A stretch of DNA of 64,000 bases. Source: Octopus sinensis. Taxonomy: Eukaryota. Below, in pieces: positions 51,289 to 64,000 of this stretch (its first letter is position 1; the number at the start of each line of letters is the position of its first letter). Location: contig NC_043024.1 of assembly GCF_006345805.1 (NCBI RefSeq), positions 7,812,001 to 7,876,000 of the forward strand. Direction: 5' to 3'. The translations under genes and the position numbers were made by a program. A model generated the notes under the pieces. That model was not told the origin of the DNA. It did not search any database and worked only from the letters and a program-made list of their open reading frames with translations.

Positions 51289-54200
51289 CTGGAGGGAAAA
51301 AGAAAATATTATCATAACAGGTCCTTTACCAGGAATAACAGTTGTACATCTAAATACAGAACATAATAGGGAAAAAAACATGGCCAAAAAATGGCTTATA
51401 TACAAATAACAAATTTTGAAAATAAAAATTCATACGGGTAAATGGATTATAGTAAAGGCAGTGAAGTATCTACTTCATAGCTATTTGAATACAAGGTTAT
51501 TTCAATATAGTGGATACAAAGTAAATCTTAAAATGTTATGATTTTGTTTATGATCCTCATAAAATGAGTGGTTATATTTCCATTATATTTGCATAACAAG
51601 AGCAATATGCATTTCTTTTTCAACAAAATGTTAATTATGGTTAAGATATCTGGACAAAGAGGCCAATATCATGAGTAATATTTTAAATAGTGACAGGATA
51701 TTTTTTTTTAAAAAGTGTTTTCCCCCTTAAAAAAAAAATTATATATATATAGAGCACTGAAAAATTAGGGATATTGATAAGAGGTAAAATGTCATGGGAA
51801 GGGAAAACTTATGTTGACAATAATATACAGTAACCAGGATACAAGGTTTTTTCTTTTTGTTTTGTTTCTTCTAATTTTCACAGAACATGAACAAAGACAA
51901 ATGTACAGAATATTATTTCTTGATCAAAACGCATACTTATATTCCAAATATCTCTGCCACAAACCCAGCATTAAAGCAGCCATTACTGACAAAATTTGAA
52001 AGGAATTATTTTTTAAAATCTCATATCAGCAAATGTTTACTGTTTATAGTTTTTGTTCCTCCTTTAATGTACATTATATATATATATATATATAAAATAG
52101 GTGCCTACTGAGGCATAAATTCCTATTATAAAAATACTACGGTGAAATGGATTCAGGTGAAACAGTGGGTAGGAGCAAGAATGAGAATGCAATTCTTTCA
52201 GAATGTCAATGAGAACAAGAATGTTTTTCTACAATTATTTCATCCAGTTTATTTTACTTATAGGATTTATTTAATTTTAAAAAATGTTTTTAATCAACAA
52301 AGTATCATAGCCTTACTGTTGCAGTTATATATAACATCAAGAATGCTGCTTTGCGCCAAGAGAAAAAATATTTTTAAAAATAAAATAAAAGAAAAAAAAG
52401 CACAATTCAACACCAGGATGCTAACATTATTAGCAACAGTAAAAAGTGACAACGATAAACTGTTTTGTAATTACAAAAATAAGTTTACTTTCAGCAGCTT
52501 ACTCTCAATAGCTCTATGTAATTGCAGACCAAGCCCATACAAAATGATTTACTATTAACTTTATCAGCTGTTCTTTTGTAAATAGTAGACAGGTTACGCT
52601 TCTCAAAATTTAATGAACTTCAAAGCTTTCGACCATCAAAGCTGGTCAGTCCATACGAATACCATATACCTTTCTTAATCACGCTGCTTCCTAAAGCACT
52701 GTCTCTACAGTCCTTTCTAGAAAGGACGGACACACACACACGCTGAACACTGAAGAAAACCAGTTCTGTTAAGTTTGTCTTAGTGCCAAATACTTGCTCC
52801 ACAGATTCATACAGAATTATAATCACTCAAATAACTGAAAACTTCATTTACATTCAACATCTGTGATTCATGGGCGCCATGAGACATAGATACCAACAGA
52901 AATCTCTCAAACCACTTAACATTCATACCTAACATATAGATAAGCACAAGGAAAGATCCACAACACATTGCTGGTAGAAATTTTATCAATTATAGAGAAT
53001 GAAAAGGTGGCTTCAGTAAGAATGGAGGAACAAAACTAGGTTCAATATATTTGATATTTCAGTCAAGGAATATTATTTACTTGTCCAACTGAGTATATTT
53101 GTGCCATACTTCAATAATAATTTTATGCTATCACTGGTGGTTATGTTGTCTAGGCCAAAGTACTGGATGCTATCTCCATCATAGATAGGGGTGGGGGAAT
53201 TTGAGACTAACTGGATGTAATTAACCAGGGACTAGTTTAGCCAATATCAGTGTTAGTTTGAAGCAGATTTTGACAAAGAGGTGGTCAAACGTTATTAATG
53301 CGACCTGAGATTAAACAGGGTAAGGTATGATATTGTAGCAGTCTAAAGCTAATGGTAGTGAACTACATCAGGACACAGCAGTTCCTTCATTTCACCATCT
53401 CATCGTAGAAATATGCTGCTGTAGCTTTTGAGGCGTTGTTATAATGGCAAGGAAAGTGGAATTGTCTTTAGCAACTAACAAGTATGCCCTACATGTCTTG
53501 GGTAAGGCACAGAATAGTTTGTTGTGGAAGGGTCAGGAGTTCTTAAGCAGGTGTGGCCTAATTCACAATAGATTTGTAGAATTTGTATTCAAAATGGCTC
53601 TAAATTCTGTATGCTTTGGTGTTTTATACCCTCGCTCTTCTCATTGTACTGCTAGCAAAAAAAGGTGATGTTTGTTATAGTTAACAACACATGGTTTATG
53701 CAAGACTAGATGCCAAGATCAACTCCTTACACCCCCTCGAAATATGCTATCTTAAACAAGAGGATATATTGGTAGCAGAGCTCCGGATACACAATGTCTA
53801 AAAATGAGATAGTGACACTTTCTCTATTAATCCTAACTATAGACTAAAGGCCCTCCCCTATATCCACTACCATAAGCAACAGCATTCAGCTTTCTTCAAT
53901 GGTTTCTCTGCGAACATATTTTAGCTTAAAAAATTTTTTTTTAAGTAATTAAATTGTACAGACTACATACAGCTTCTGTTAAAAGATACAGTACACAACT
54001 ATATATATATGTGGAATATCTTTGCCAGTCCAACAGGCATTTCAAGACCAGATAATATCGACATTTCTGGGCTCATGGCAAACATGCAAATATTAAACTA
54101 AGCGTGAAGTAAAACTGATAGAAAAGTCCAAATAAGTTGATGTAATTCAAAGACAAACTAGGATCAAAGTTACGAGAGCTTAATATCACAAAAATGGCTA

Positions 54201-56599
54201 AAATAGTGTCATTAAAATGAAACTGACGAAAAGGATATCTGCAGATGAAGTAAACTTCACATAACACACACTTCTGTCACATATGCACAAGCTGAATTCA
54301 CCATATTACACACAACCTAACACCTGTAGTTAAATCACTTTATGTCTATATTTACCTGAAAAAGAAAAAAACATGCCTAACCCCAATTACATACCAAAAC
54401 ACATTTCTCAGGGTAGATCTCATCAATACAGAGCCTATTGAGAAATAAGCATAGTGGTCACATACATATAGACTATATATATATAAGTGATCAAATTTTA
54501 ACATGTTAAAATGTTCTAAACATCACGTGAACCTATTTTAATGTACAAACTATAAAAAAAGCAATAATTTGTTAAATAATGTAGTTAATTTTCATTAAAG
54601 ATTTTTAATGAAAAAAAAAAAAAAGATATTTCATTCAAAATCAAATGTGCAGCAAAGGATGAAATTGTTACCTTAAGTAATTGTAGCTTGTACCCCCCAG
54701 CCAGTAACACATTTGAGAGAAGAGAGTATTTTGAGGTGAGGGGGAAATAGAAACAAAAAGCAGATAGAATTCATACGCAGTAAATAATAATAATAATAAT
54801 TTTAAAAAATCAATAAACATCACTTAAAACACCCTAAAACTCATCTGAATAGGTGTGCAACATATTTGAAGAGGACCAGCACAAGTTATGAGCCTGTAGC
54901 CCACTCATGACAGACTTAGATCAAGGATTTAAATAAAGCAAAAATTTTCCCCACTTGAAGAAACCATATTCAAACAGTTGATTGGTTTGGAAGTTATTAA
55001 TCCACAATCTCTATAAGATATTTAATAAATAATTGAAGTTTCTAGTAAGTGCATTTTATCTTCAAACTAATGGTGTGTATGTCTGTATGTGTTGTCTTTG
55101 ATTGTGCTCAACACACACACACAAAAAAAAAATGTTACAATCACCAGAAAAAACGAAATTTGTGATTGATATTTTTTTTATTAGTTCAACAGAATTAAGG
55201 GTGTTAAGAGAGAACCAGAAGTGAAACATGCAGTGGAATATATAACCTACCTATAAAAGCTGTGATGTATAAGTGGACAGGTAGGCAAACTCTAGGGTAA
55301 ATCACATCATCAAGGTCAGCTGGCAAATGCTGAAACAAGAAATAGAAAACCTCTCCAACCCACAGTTAAAAGTCCTATTAAAAAGGATATGAACCATAAA
55401 AAGGCTCATCTAAGTATATAAAAACTGAAGCACATACACAGCAGTATACAACTGAAATGTATGGACCTCCTGTTATTTTACCGGCCTTGCAGTAAAATTT
55501 ACTATGCCCAGTCATTTGTGAGTTTCAGCAAATATTACAAGACATTAAATCAAATATCTGTTGAATATATTTGCTTTTAAAACTACATAGTAATAATAAT
55601 AAAAAAAAGCACTAAAATTTTAAAATAACTCTTCTACAGACCTAGGTACCATTCTAGTACTACAATTAAAAAAAAAAATTCAGTTTAGCTCCCTCAATAT
55701 TTCCTACAATAAATGCTATATTTTATAACAGAACCTAACTAAACTTACAAAGCAAGATCTATTGGACAATGATAGAGCCAACTAAGAGTTCGGTATGTCA
55801 CTACTACATAGACAAACATTAAGCTAATAGCAATAACCACTGTACCAAGAATATATGGAAAATTTACTATTTTAGTAAATTATATATCAGCAGACTATAT
55901 ATGTGCATACTAATACATAAATCTCCCATTTATCTCAAATATTTTTCAATAAACAATTTCATGATCGCATACCTTCTCTATGATTTACACTGCTGTACAC
56001 ACATTCCCCATTAATCAAGACTTACAAATTATTACTCATAGATGAAGAGTACAAAAAGTATTGTAACTTTGGAATTTGCTTGTTGAGCCCATTTAATTCA
56101 TGTAATAATTATCATACTAACTAAAACATCTTAATTTTATAATTATTACTGAATATTTAAAAAAGTGAGAATTAGAAATATTCTGATTTTGCTATACTTA
56201 GGTTTCCCCACAGTACCTTTGCAGTATTACATATTTTAATATATTTACAGTCCTCCAGCACACTTAAAGCTGGAATCATCTACAAGGATTACTTTATTCC
56301 TGTCCTGAAAATGGACGGTAAGTAAAATGTAAATGTGAAAGGTGTTGGTGGTGGACTGGTCAAGAAGATTAGGAAAGAAAATATCTTAGAATCTAAATTG
56401 AAAATTCTTAAGAAACGACCAGGGCAAATGACTGCTTTCACCAATCATCACAAACTTACTTTCATGATGGCCACCATGAAAAAGGGAAAATACTAAATTA
56501 TGAAGCATTCCACTTCCTTAACCCTGAAATAGTTACCAACCCTACTGCGATATAGAATGTTAGTGAGCATTATGGCTGATGACATGTATGACTAATGCT

Positions 56600-57110
56600 C
56601 TCATTCAAAAGTTCCATCTTATTTGAAGACTTCAAGATGAGAGATAAGTGATGCTGTCCCAGAATTTATAGCTAGCAATAGCTGGTTCAACTATTTTGAA
56701 AGGTAGTAAAATACACAGCTCTTACAGAAAACAAGACACACCAAGCACTGATAAACAGTACCCAAACATTCTAAAAGGAAGCTATGCATAAGATAAGATA
56801 TACTCATACACAGGATTTCAATATGGATGAAACCACCTTTTCTGGTGGTAATGCTGATCGAAAGATGAAACCTGTCTTCGAAAATCCCAGAGTATTTACA
56901 GGATTTGTGGATGCAGATTTGACATTTGCAATCCAACAGAATGGGACTGGACAACTCAGACTATCTCTAAAGATTGATTCTTCAATTATATTTTTGTTCC
57001 ATTGGAATGACACACCTGGTCAACTCACAGATCAGAGGGTAATGTATATATTTAAAACAATTTTTGATGTGCTTTCAGACAAATGGTTCATGCAGTGCTT
57101 AATGATGTGA
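56600..57110 (+). mobile_element. Old Tigger/pogo-like DDE transposase relic
   Basis: Degenerate motifs in the expected order: ASNSWFNYFER, QDFNMDETTF, ENPRVFTG, LFHWNDTPGQLTDQRVMYIFK (cf. Tigger FLPPNTTSLxQPxDQGVIxxFK). Confidence 0.6.
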
Positions 57111-59144
57111 AACCTTTTGAAACGAGTTCAAAAACAAAAATGCAATTGACATTTCTAAATGAAACAAATTAAAGAGCTTAACACGAAAGGCATGTGTGGA
57201 AATCAAGGCCAGCATGTGTGATTTACTTTTACTTTATCCATCATGTTGTGCACAATGGGTTCAGAAAATCATGGACTTTGCCCATCAAGCGAGCTTTTGA
57301 AGCAACCAGGGAAGGCGATAATGAATAGATTCGCATGTTCATTAAGAGGATAATGGTTATAAAGCATTACCATTGCTGAAGAAAAAATAACCACTCACAA
57401 CTCAAAATTACTTCTGATATTGTGTCCTCCTTCAACCAAGGCTTACAGATCTTTGTTAACAATGAACTAAAAGATTGTAGTATTGCATGACTACTAAAAT
57501 TACTTGAACTCATAAGAAATATACTGAGCAAATATTTTACCCAAGTCAATATTAGCCACATATCTACAGGCTAATTTTGAAATGTAGATCTAGTTGCACT
57601 GCCATTTTGCAGAAGTCTGACCCTATTTTCAAAAAGATGTCTTTTGCCTGATGAGGCAGAATTTCCAAGCAATACAGGGGATCCCTAGTTGTTCAGGTGT
57701 TGTATATTTAGGCTTGGATTGGAAACAAGGACTTTGAAGAGAATGTATTTCAATTTTTAAAGTACAAGTCAACAGGACAATTTACAAGTGTTTTCCAGGA
57801 ACAGAATTCACTTATGTGGGGGGAATGGGTGTACAAGTGAGTGGTCTCGTTTTAAAGTATGTTCCACAATACACAAGTAAACCCCATGAAAAATATAAAG
57901 AGCAAGAATTCATTCAACCAACATTCTAGATATTGCCATTGTGGGTCATCCTAAAATTTTCAAGCCGAATAGACCCAATCCCGTTATAAATTTAAATAGG
58001 TCATTCTTTTTGAGAACAATACAGTCTTGCCCCAATTTCCATATATACCCAAAGTAACCACACATGTAAACAATGAATCGACACATTGGCAACAACAGTT
58101 CATTTTTTTTTACATTCTGAACTTTCGATTTAATTTTCTATCTACAGAAATTTTAAAAAAATTAAAAAACCGTGATCCAACAACTTAAGACCCAAAATGT
58201 CCAAATAACTTTTCAAAAATTTGAAACACTAAAACTGCAGTGGGTTTTTTTTATTCTTTACTTTTCACGTTTTCCGTCTGGTTACATCCACTCCAATAGA
58301 AGGAAACTACAAGGAGGCTGAAGAGTTAAATTTTAACATAGCTGAATGTATGCAATTTAAAATAACTGCTTCACATTTTAAAACCATTTAAATTTTGAAA
58401 TTATAAAACTGCAGTGATTAAGATTGAAAATGAATTATTACAATCTCAAGAGTTCAAACCCTGTTACAACCATCGTATTTCACTCCTAAACAAAAGCAAA
58501 TTCTTTATAATACTTCTAGATAGAGAAGTATGCTATTCTTCATTTGGTAGTCATTAAGAGGCATCCAGCTATAAAATCCTTGCACATCAATTGATAAGTA
58601 AATATTCAAATATTCCAATCCATGCTGATTTTGAAAAAGAAAAGGGATGTGAAACTAAAATAGAATAACATTGATAATAAAGCCAACACTATATTGTTAA
58701 ATATTAATTGGTTTTTAACTGCCAAATGTCCATAAAATCCTATGAGAACATTATCCAGGCATAATGATCCAGATTTGTTTTATTGGTTAGTATAAGAAGC
58801 AGTGTAGCTTTCCATATTTTTAATCCCATTGTTATATCAGATCAGATAAAAGGTAAGGTTAATTTGATTAAGTGTTAAGAGGTTCATGAACAGGGATGAG
58901 AGGTGCAGTTCAGACAAAACAAGGTTGGGATAAACTGATAGAGGTAAGAGATGAGGACAGACAACTAACTAGTTCAGAATAGAAGAGACTAATAATACTA
59001 TAAAGAGAGTAGACATTTGTTTGTATTGTAGAAGTTATGTTTTCTAAAACATTAATATGCATAGTAAAGTACACAACCCCAGATGGGCACGAACATATTA
59101 CACCGTAGCGCTTATTTGATTCACAAATCATGTCGGCATCCTTT

Positions 59145-59187
<43 letters not shown>

Positions 59188-62100
59188 TTTTTTTAAATCA
59201 TGGTCAACATCAAAAATAATATATTGCACTTAGAGGATTTGAATACTGTTCAAAGACGAAGTAGTCAATTATCTTTGACATGGGTATGAGTGTGTTTTGC
59301 AGTGCTGTTGTCATGTCCCTAGTACAGAATGTGTATTTCTATAAGGATGCTATAGCTAATCGGAAGGATTGCATTATGGATGAGGCTTGTATAGGAGAAT
59401 AGTATCGTAGCAGGTTATCAAGGAAGGAAGAAACTCGGGATTTTAATTAGGTACAAGACATGTTTGTATGGGAAAATAAAAATGATTAACTGCAAAGCAT
59501 ACATTATTTTACTAATATGAGAGATAAAAAGCAAGGATAACTAGCGAGATTAAACTCAATGACATGGTTTAGCTACCTGTCAATTCAGACCCAGTACATC
59601 TACTATCAAAGGACATTTTCGTTCTTCAGAGTTAGTTTTATCTATAACTATATTACCAGACATTCTTCTCTATGAGTAGATATGAAATTCGGGGGCTATT
59701 TCTAGCAAGTCAGATAAAACTTTTCTCATTAGCTCCATCAGAAAGATCAATGACATGGGATGGGGAGAGGGGACAATATTTGTATGGAAAAGATCAAAGC
59801 AAGATCCAAAACTAGCCAGTTAGAGTAGTGAATTGAGAATTTAAGATACCCAAGTATGATAGAAAAATAGGTACAATCTCTTCCACAGAAAAATGGAATA
59901 AAGAGAAGTAGCTTAAAATGGTTATAAAGTCAGTATCAGTTCAACTGACAAAGATGTTTTATGGTCATTGCAAAAGAATTCTATTTAAATTGCTTATTAA
60001 CTTGGACACACATGTAGTATAGGCCCATATAAATTTATAAACCATGTAAGTTATATGTAGCAAAATAACCAAACAAAATCATTTTTCAAGAAATTGAGAC
60101 TCATTTATTGAGTGTAATTCATTATCAAAGAGGTCAGTGAAGTTATAGGCAATTAGATTATACTCCTATCAGTATTTATTAACATGCAATAATGAGCAGC
60201 AATGTATGTACTTAGGATTTGAACTTAAGAAACAAGACACCAAATTGAGTTATGTATATTGTATTTGATCACAAATTTAAACATTTTATCCCAAACATGT
60301 CCTGCTGAAAATTTGGGGGAATATGATGGAAATTTTACAGGAATATCTCTGGATAGAATGAAATTTTTAAAAAAGAATCATACAGAATTCAACATATGTA
60401 AATCTGAGGTATGGATGTGTTTGATGTTTGATTAAGAAAAACTTGCTTCAGAGATTTTACTTTAAAAAAAAAAGAAAAGAAAAAAATGAGGAAAACCTTG
60501 ATTCAGAAAGAACAAACTATAAAACTGGAGATTCAGTATAATTTGATTCTTTTTAAAATGGGAGGAAAAAGTTTTGTTTTAATTGTATACAAATCAAAAT
60601 ATTGTAAATCTTCATAATCCTATTTGCAACGGTTGGAATTCATATAGATTTCAGTGGATGATAAAAAGGGACAAAAATGTGATTCTTTTAAAAGGGAATG
60701 TTATAAAAAAATATATATTGTTTAGTGGGAAAATATACATACCTGAAAAGTAATAAGACAAAATATGTCAGGTGTGCAGGGAATATTCAGTTCAATTACA
60801 TGTACACTGCTTGAAAACCTTTGTAGGATGGAATCCCAATGTGGCTAGGTCCAAAACAGCAGGAGAGTTCGTTATATTACAAATGTTTTCATTTGGCTCA
60901 GGCTGTAGTAAGCATTCTGGAAGTTCATCTAGAAACAAGGCTGTACAAAAGGGATTCGCACACTTGTTACAAATACCCCATTATACATCATATGCTTTTG
61001 GAGAAAACCGCCTCCATTGCTATGGTCTGGTTATTTAACATGGAGATTCCAGCTTCATTAACATTAGTAAAAAGCATTCAGCAAAAATTTTTTATAAAAA
61101 TAAAACAAAAGACCTAGCTAGCCCTTTCATATAGAACAATAAGAAATTTGATTTGTAAGCTAACTAAATTGTAATGATGTGGAATATGAATACAGAATGA
61201 TGTACAAAATTACCTATCAGTCCATTTCTAGAAACTTACACTATCATTGGTTCATTGTTTAAGCATATTTCACTTTCTCATTTTCTGTTTTATCCCTTTA
61301 ATACCAACTTACCCAAGAATGACCATACTTAAAATGAAACCATTATATCATGGGTGATAATGAGACTCCAACTGGTTAACAGTATTTACTATATAAAACC
61401 AGCTGGTCAATGCCGAAAATATTAACTAGTTGATCAACACACAACACTGTGTGTACACGTATACATATATGTATATCAAACCATCTGGTCTATACCATTG
61501 TAGAAATATTACTAAAACCCCTCAAATTAAGTAAATCATTAGATAATAATCCCATTAAAAACAGCCACAAATAGTTAAACAAGTAAACAATATTTCCCTC
61601 TTTTAACTAAACAAATTTTAATTAAATTTTTCAGGGAAATGAAAGTAAAATAAAGAAAACTGATGTGATCCATCTTGGACCAGAGTCATTGGGTGACAGT
61701 CAAAAAGTTGAATAAAATGTAGACCTATATACTAAACATCATAGTCACAATAACAGAGCCAGCAAGATTTTACCGACTCCAGTAATGGTACACCTTCTGC
61801 CAGTTGTGGAATTTCAGCAAGAGTCACGGTCATTAAAATTTGTACTGACTCAAACATAAAATACATAATCCGTAATAAAACGGCTAGTTTTACTAACTGC
61901 ATCAACTCCAATTAAAGGTTAACTGTAATGATAGCACATAACAGCTAATTCCACAAACTCGATTATTTTTCAGCATTAAAAAAAAAAATTAAAAATTAAA
62001 AAAAAAAAATTTAAGGTCTTCAATTAAGGAGGATCTGATAGAAGCAATTCTGTAAGAACAATATGTTAGTAAACTTCTGGATTAGATTTTTGATTTAACC

Positions 62101-64000
62101 CTTTTACTATAGGGTTTCTTTAATAAATATCACAGGTATAAACCTTTTTAATAACTTGTTATATAATGTCGATTTTATAAAGTGAAATAAATGTTTGTTA
62201 CAATGACAGAGCATTAACTATTTTGAGACCAACCCACCCATCCAGAACCAACTCTGGTTCAAAGTAATCTAAATTAAAACATTAAAATTTCATGTTAATT
62301 TGCATTATCAAACACCAGCTTAATGGCCAAGTTGCTTTAGTAAATTCATAATTTTCGAACTCAACAGAAATATGGTAGCAAAAGTGTTAGCATATTTCTA
62401 TTGAAATACACTGCGATTGTTTCATTTAATTTTGAAATTAATGAAGAATTTGCTTAAGTAATTTGGTCGTTATCAAGCTGATATTTAGAAAATAAATTAG
62501 CATGGAATTTTGATGGAAAGTTTTAAATTTAGAACACTTTACAAGTTGATGTTTGTATCAGATACCAGAGGCTCCGAAGTAGATTTTTAAGAACTAAAAA
62601 GTAACTTGATTCCACATAGATTGTGAGCTTTCAAGCGATAAGAAATACAAATACAGGAGTTGGAATTGAAAGTTTAACCCTTTAGCATTCAGATTACTAT
62701 CAAGCATAATGCTTAATTATTTTCATTTTTTCAGTTAATCATGCATTGCCTCATAGCTTTTCAATTTCAATAATGCAATCATTTATTGGTAGAATGATTA
62801 GAGAATGTATGAGACCATATCTGGCCAATTTGAACAAAATACAGGTAGATTAGTTGTGCTGGATATGGCTATTTTAAATGCTAAAAGGTTAACATTTCCA
62901 CGAGTCTAAGATAAACCAAAAATTCTTGCCCACGTTAGCTAAAAGTTTGATAATTTTAACAATAATTAAATAATTTCAGATGAATCAAATTTCTCATGAA
63001 AGGTTAACTGCTTTATATAATTCAAGGGTACCATGAGAACAAGAGATATGATCCCTTACTAGGGTTCACTTTCAGGTGCCAAATAGATTACAATTTTCAG
63101 AACTGCAAAGTAACAGAACACGTTCCACTGCAGTTGGTCAAAGAAGATAAAAATTGGTGGATACTCAGCCAATAGTGAGACAGACACTTCTGGAATGAAA
63201 ATATACTTCTTTATTGAGTATAACTTAACTATACCTTAATGTATTTAGATGAATGCATGAAAAGGTAAGTAAAAATAAATTTAAGGAGTACAATAAATCC
63301 TTTATTCTGGTATTTAGAGTCTCCCCCTTTCCTTTATAATCACAAAGAAAGTTGTGAAGACTTGCTAGTTTATCACATTTTAGTGAAACACTGACAGCAA
63401 TGGGTGTACATTCATTTCAAGCAAACTAAATTATTTCATAGAAGTGAAAGAAATGTACACTTTAGCATTTCACAAAAGTACGTTGAATAATCTGTTCAGT
63501 TGCATCAAGTTCACTACTGCATTTGTGGTCTGCTCAATGATTCTCAAAAGGCAAAATTGAAGTAACTGGTAACACAATGTATGCAGAGCAGTGAAAGTCA
63601 TAATTAGAGCTGGTAATTTATTTAAAAGCTACAAACACACAGACACACACACTCAAGATTAGAATTTTTTTAGACTATTCACCTCATCTTTACAAACAAT
63701 TTTGTATTCAAACTAAATCTTAATTAGTTTGATCATCAATGCCAGCCGTTGTTCCTGGACAATTACAGAGGACAAGATAAGCTAAGATCTAGTCTTGTAC
63801 TGTGTACACATCCACAACAGGCATCCAATGATTGAATAGTATATGGGTATGTTAAACATCTCAAAGATGAGATTAATAGTCCAAAACAATAAAACTACTT
63901 CCTTAACATCTCAGACATTTAATCATATATACAAACTGTTTATCAGTCTTGCTCTAAAGAAACTATAGCACTCATTGACATGTGGTTGTGAAACTTTCCT

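Noticed and set aside
51330-51349. 20-nt minus-strand micro-exon (tag|ATGTACAACTGTTATTCCTG|gtaaag)
   Set aside because: In the required phase it creates TG|A, a stop, at the junction with the 51288 exon.
57371-57375. 5-nt minus-strand micro-exon CAATG between good splice motifs
   Set aside because: It also gives TG|A if joined to the 51288 exon, and has no other support.

Overview
This is AT-rich eukaryotic DNA dense in microsatellites and SINEs, with no prokaryotic features. The repeat families look like those of an Octopus (cephalopod) genome; that is recognition from memory, not a database result. The main feature is a + strand gene that the ORF track misses, which I assembled by hand: 9 coding exons (27269-47786), all introns GT-AG, all phases compatible, 1620 nt = 539 aa + stop. 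It encodes a secreted protein with a signal peptide and four copies of a strictly spaced 4-Cys module (C-x25-C-x2-G-x2-F-x4-C-x-C, resembling a reduced chitin-binding type-2/PIF-like domain), separated by basic, mixed and poly-Glu linkers. Facing it tail-to-tail are the last small exons of an unidentified minus-strand gene (50755-51288), followed by ~13 kb of largely unique sequence lacking the young SINEs. The rest is mobile and repetitive DNA: CR1 and RTE LINE remnants, several SINE families (often in tandem arrays), non-autonomous Helitrons, piggyBac-like and hAT MITEs, a Tigger-like relic, a ~50 x 69-bp minisatellite and long foldback palindromes. Other notable items are a Penelope-type minimal hammerhead ribozyme fold (8933-8987) and an exact 45-nt copy of exon 8 written into a downstream MITE.
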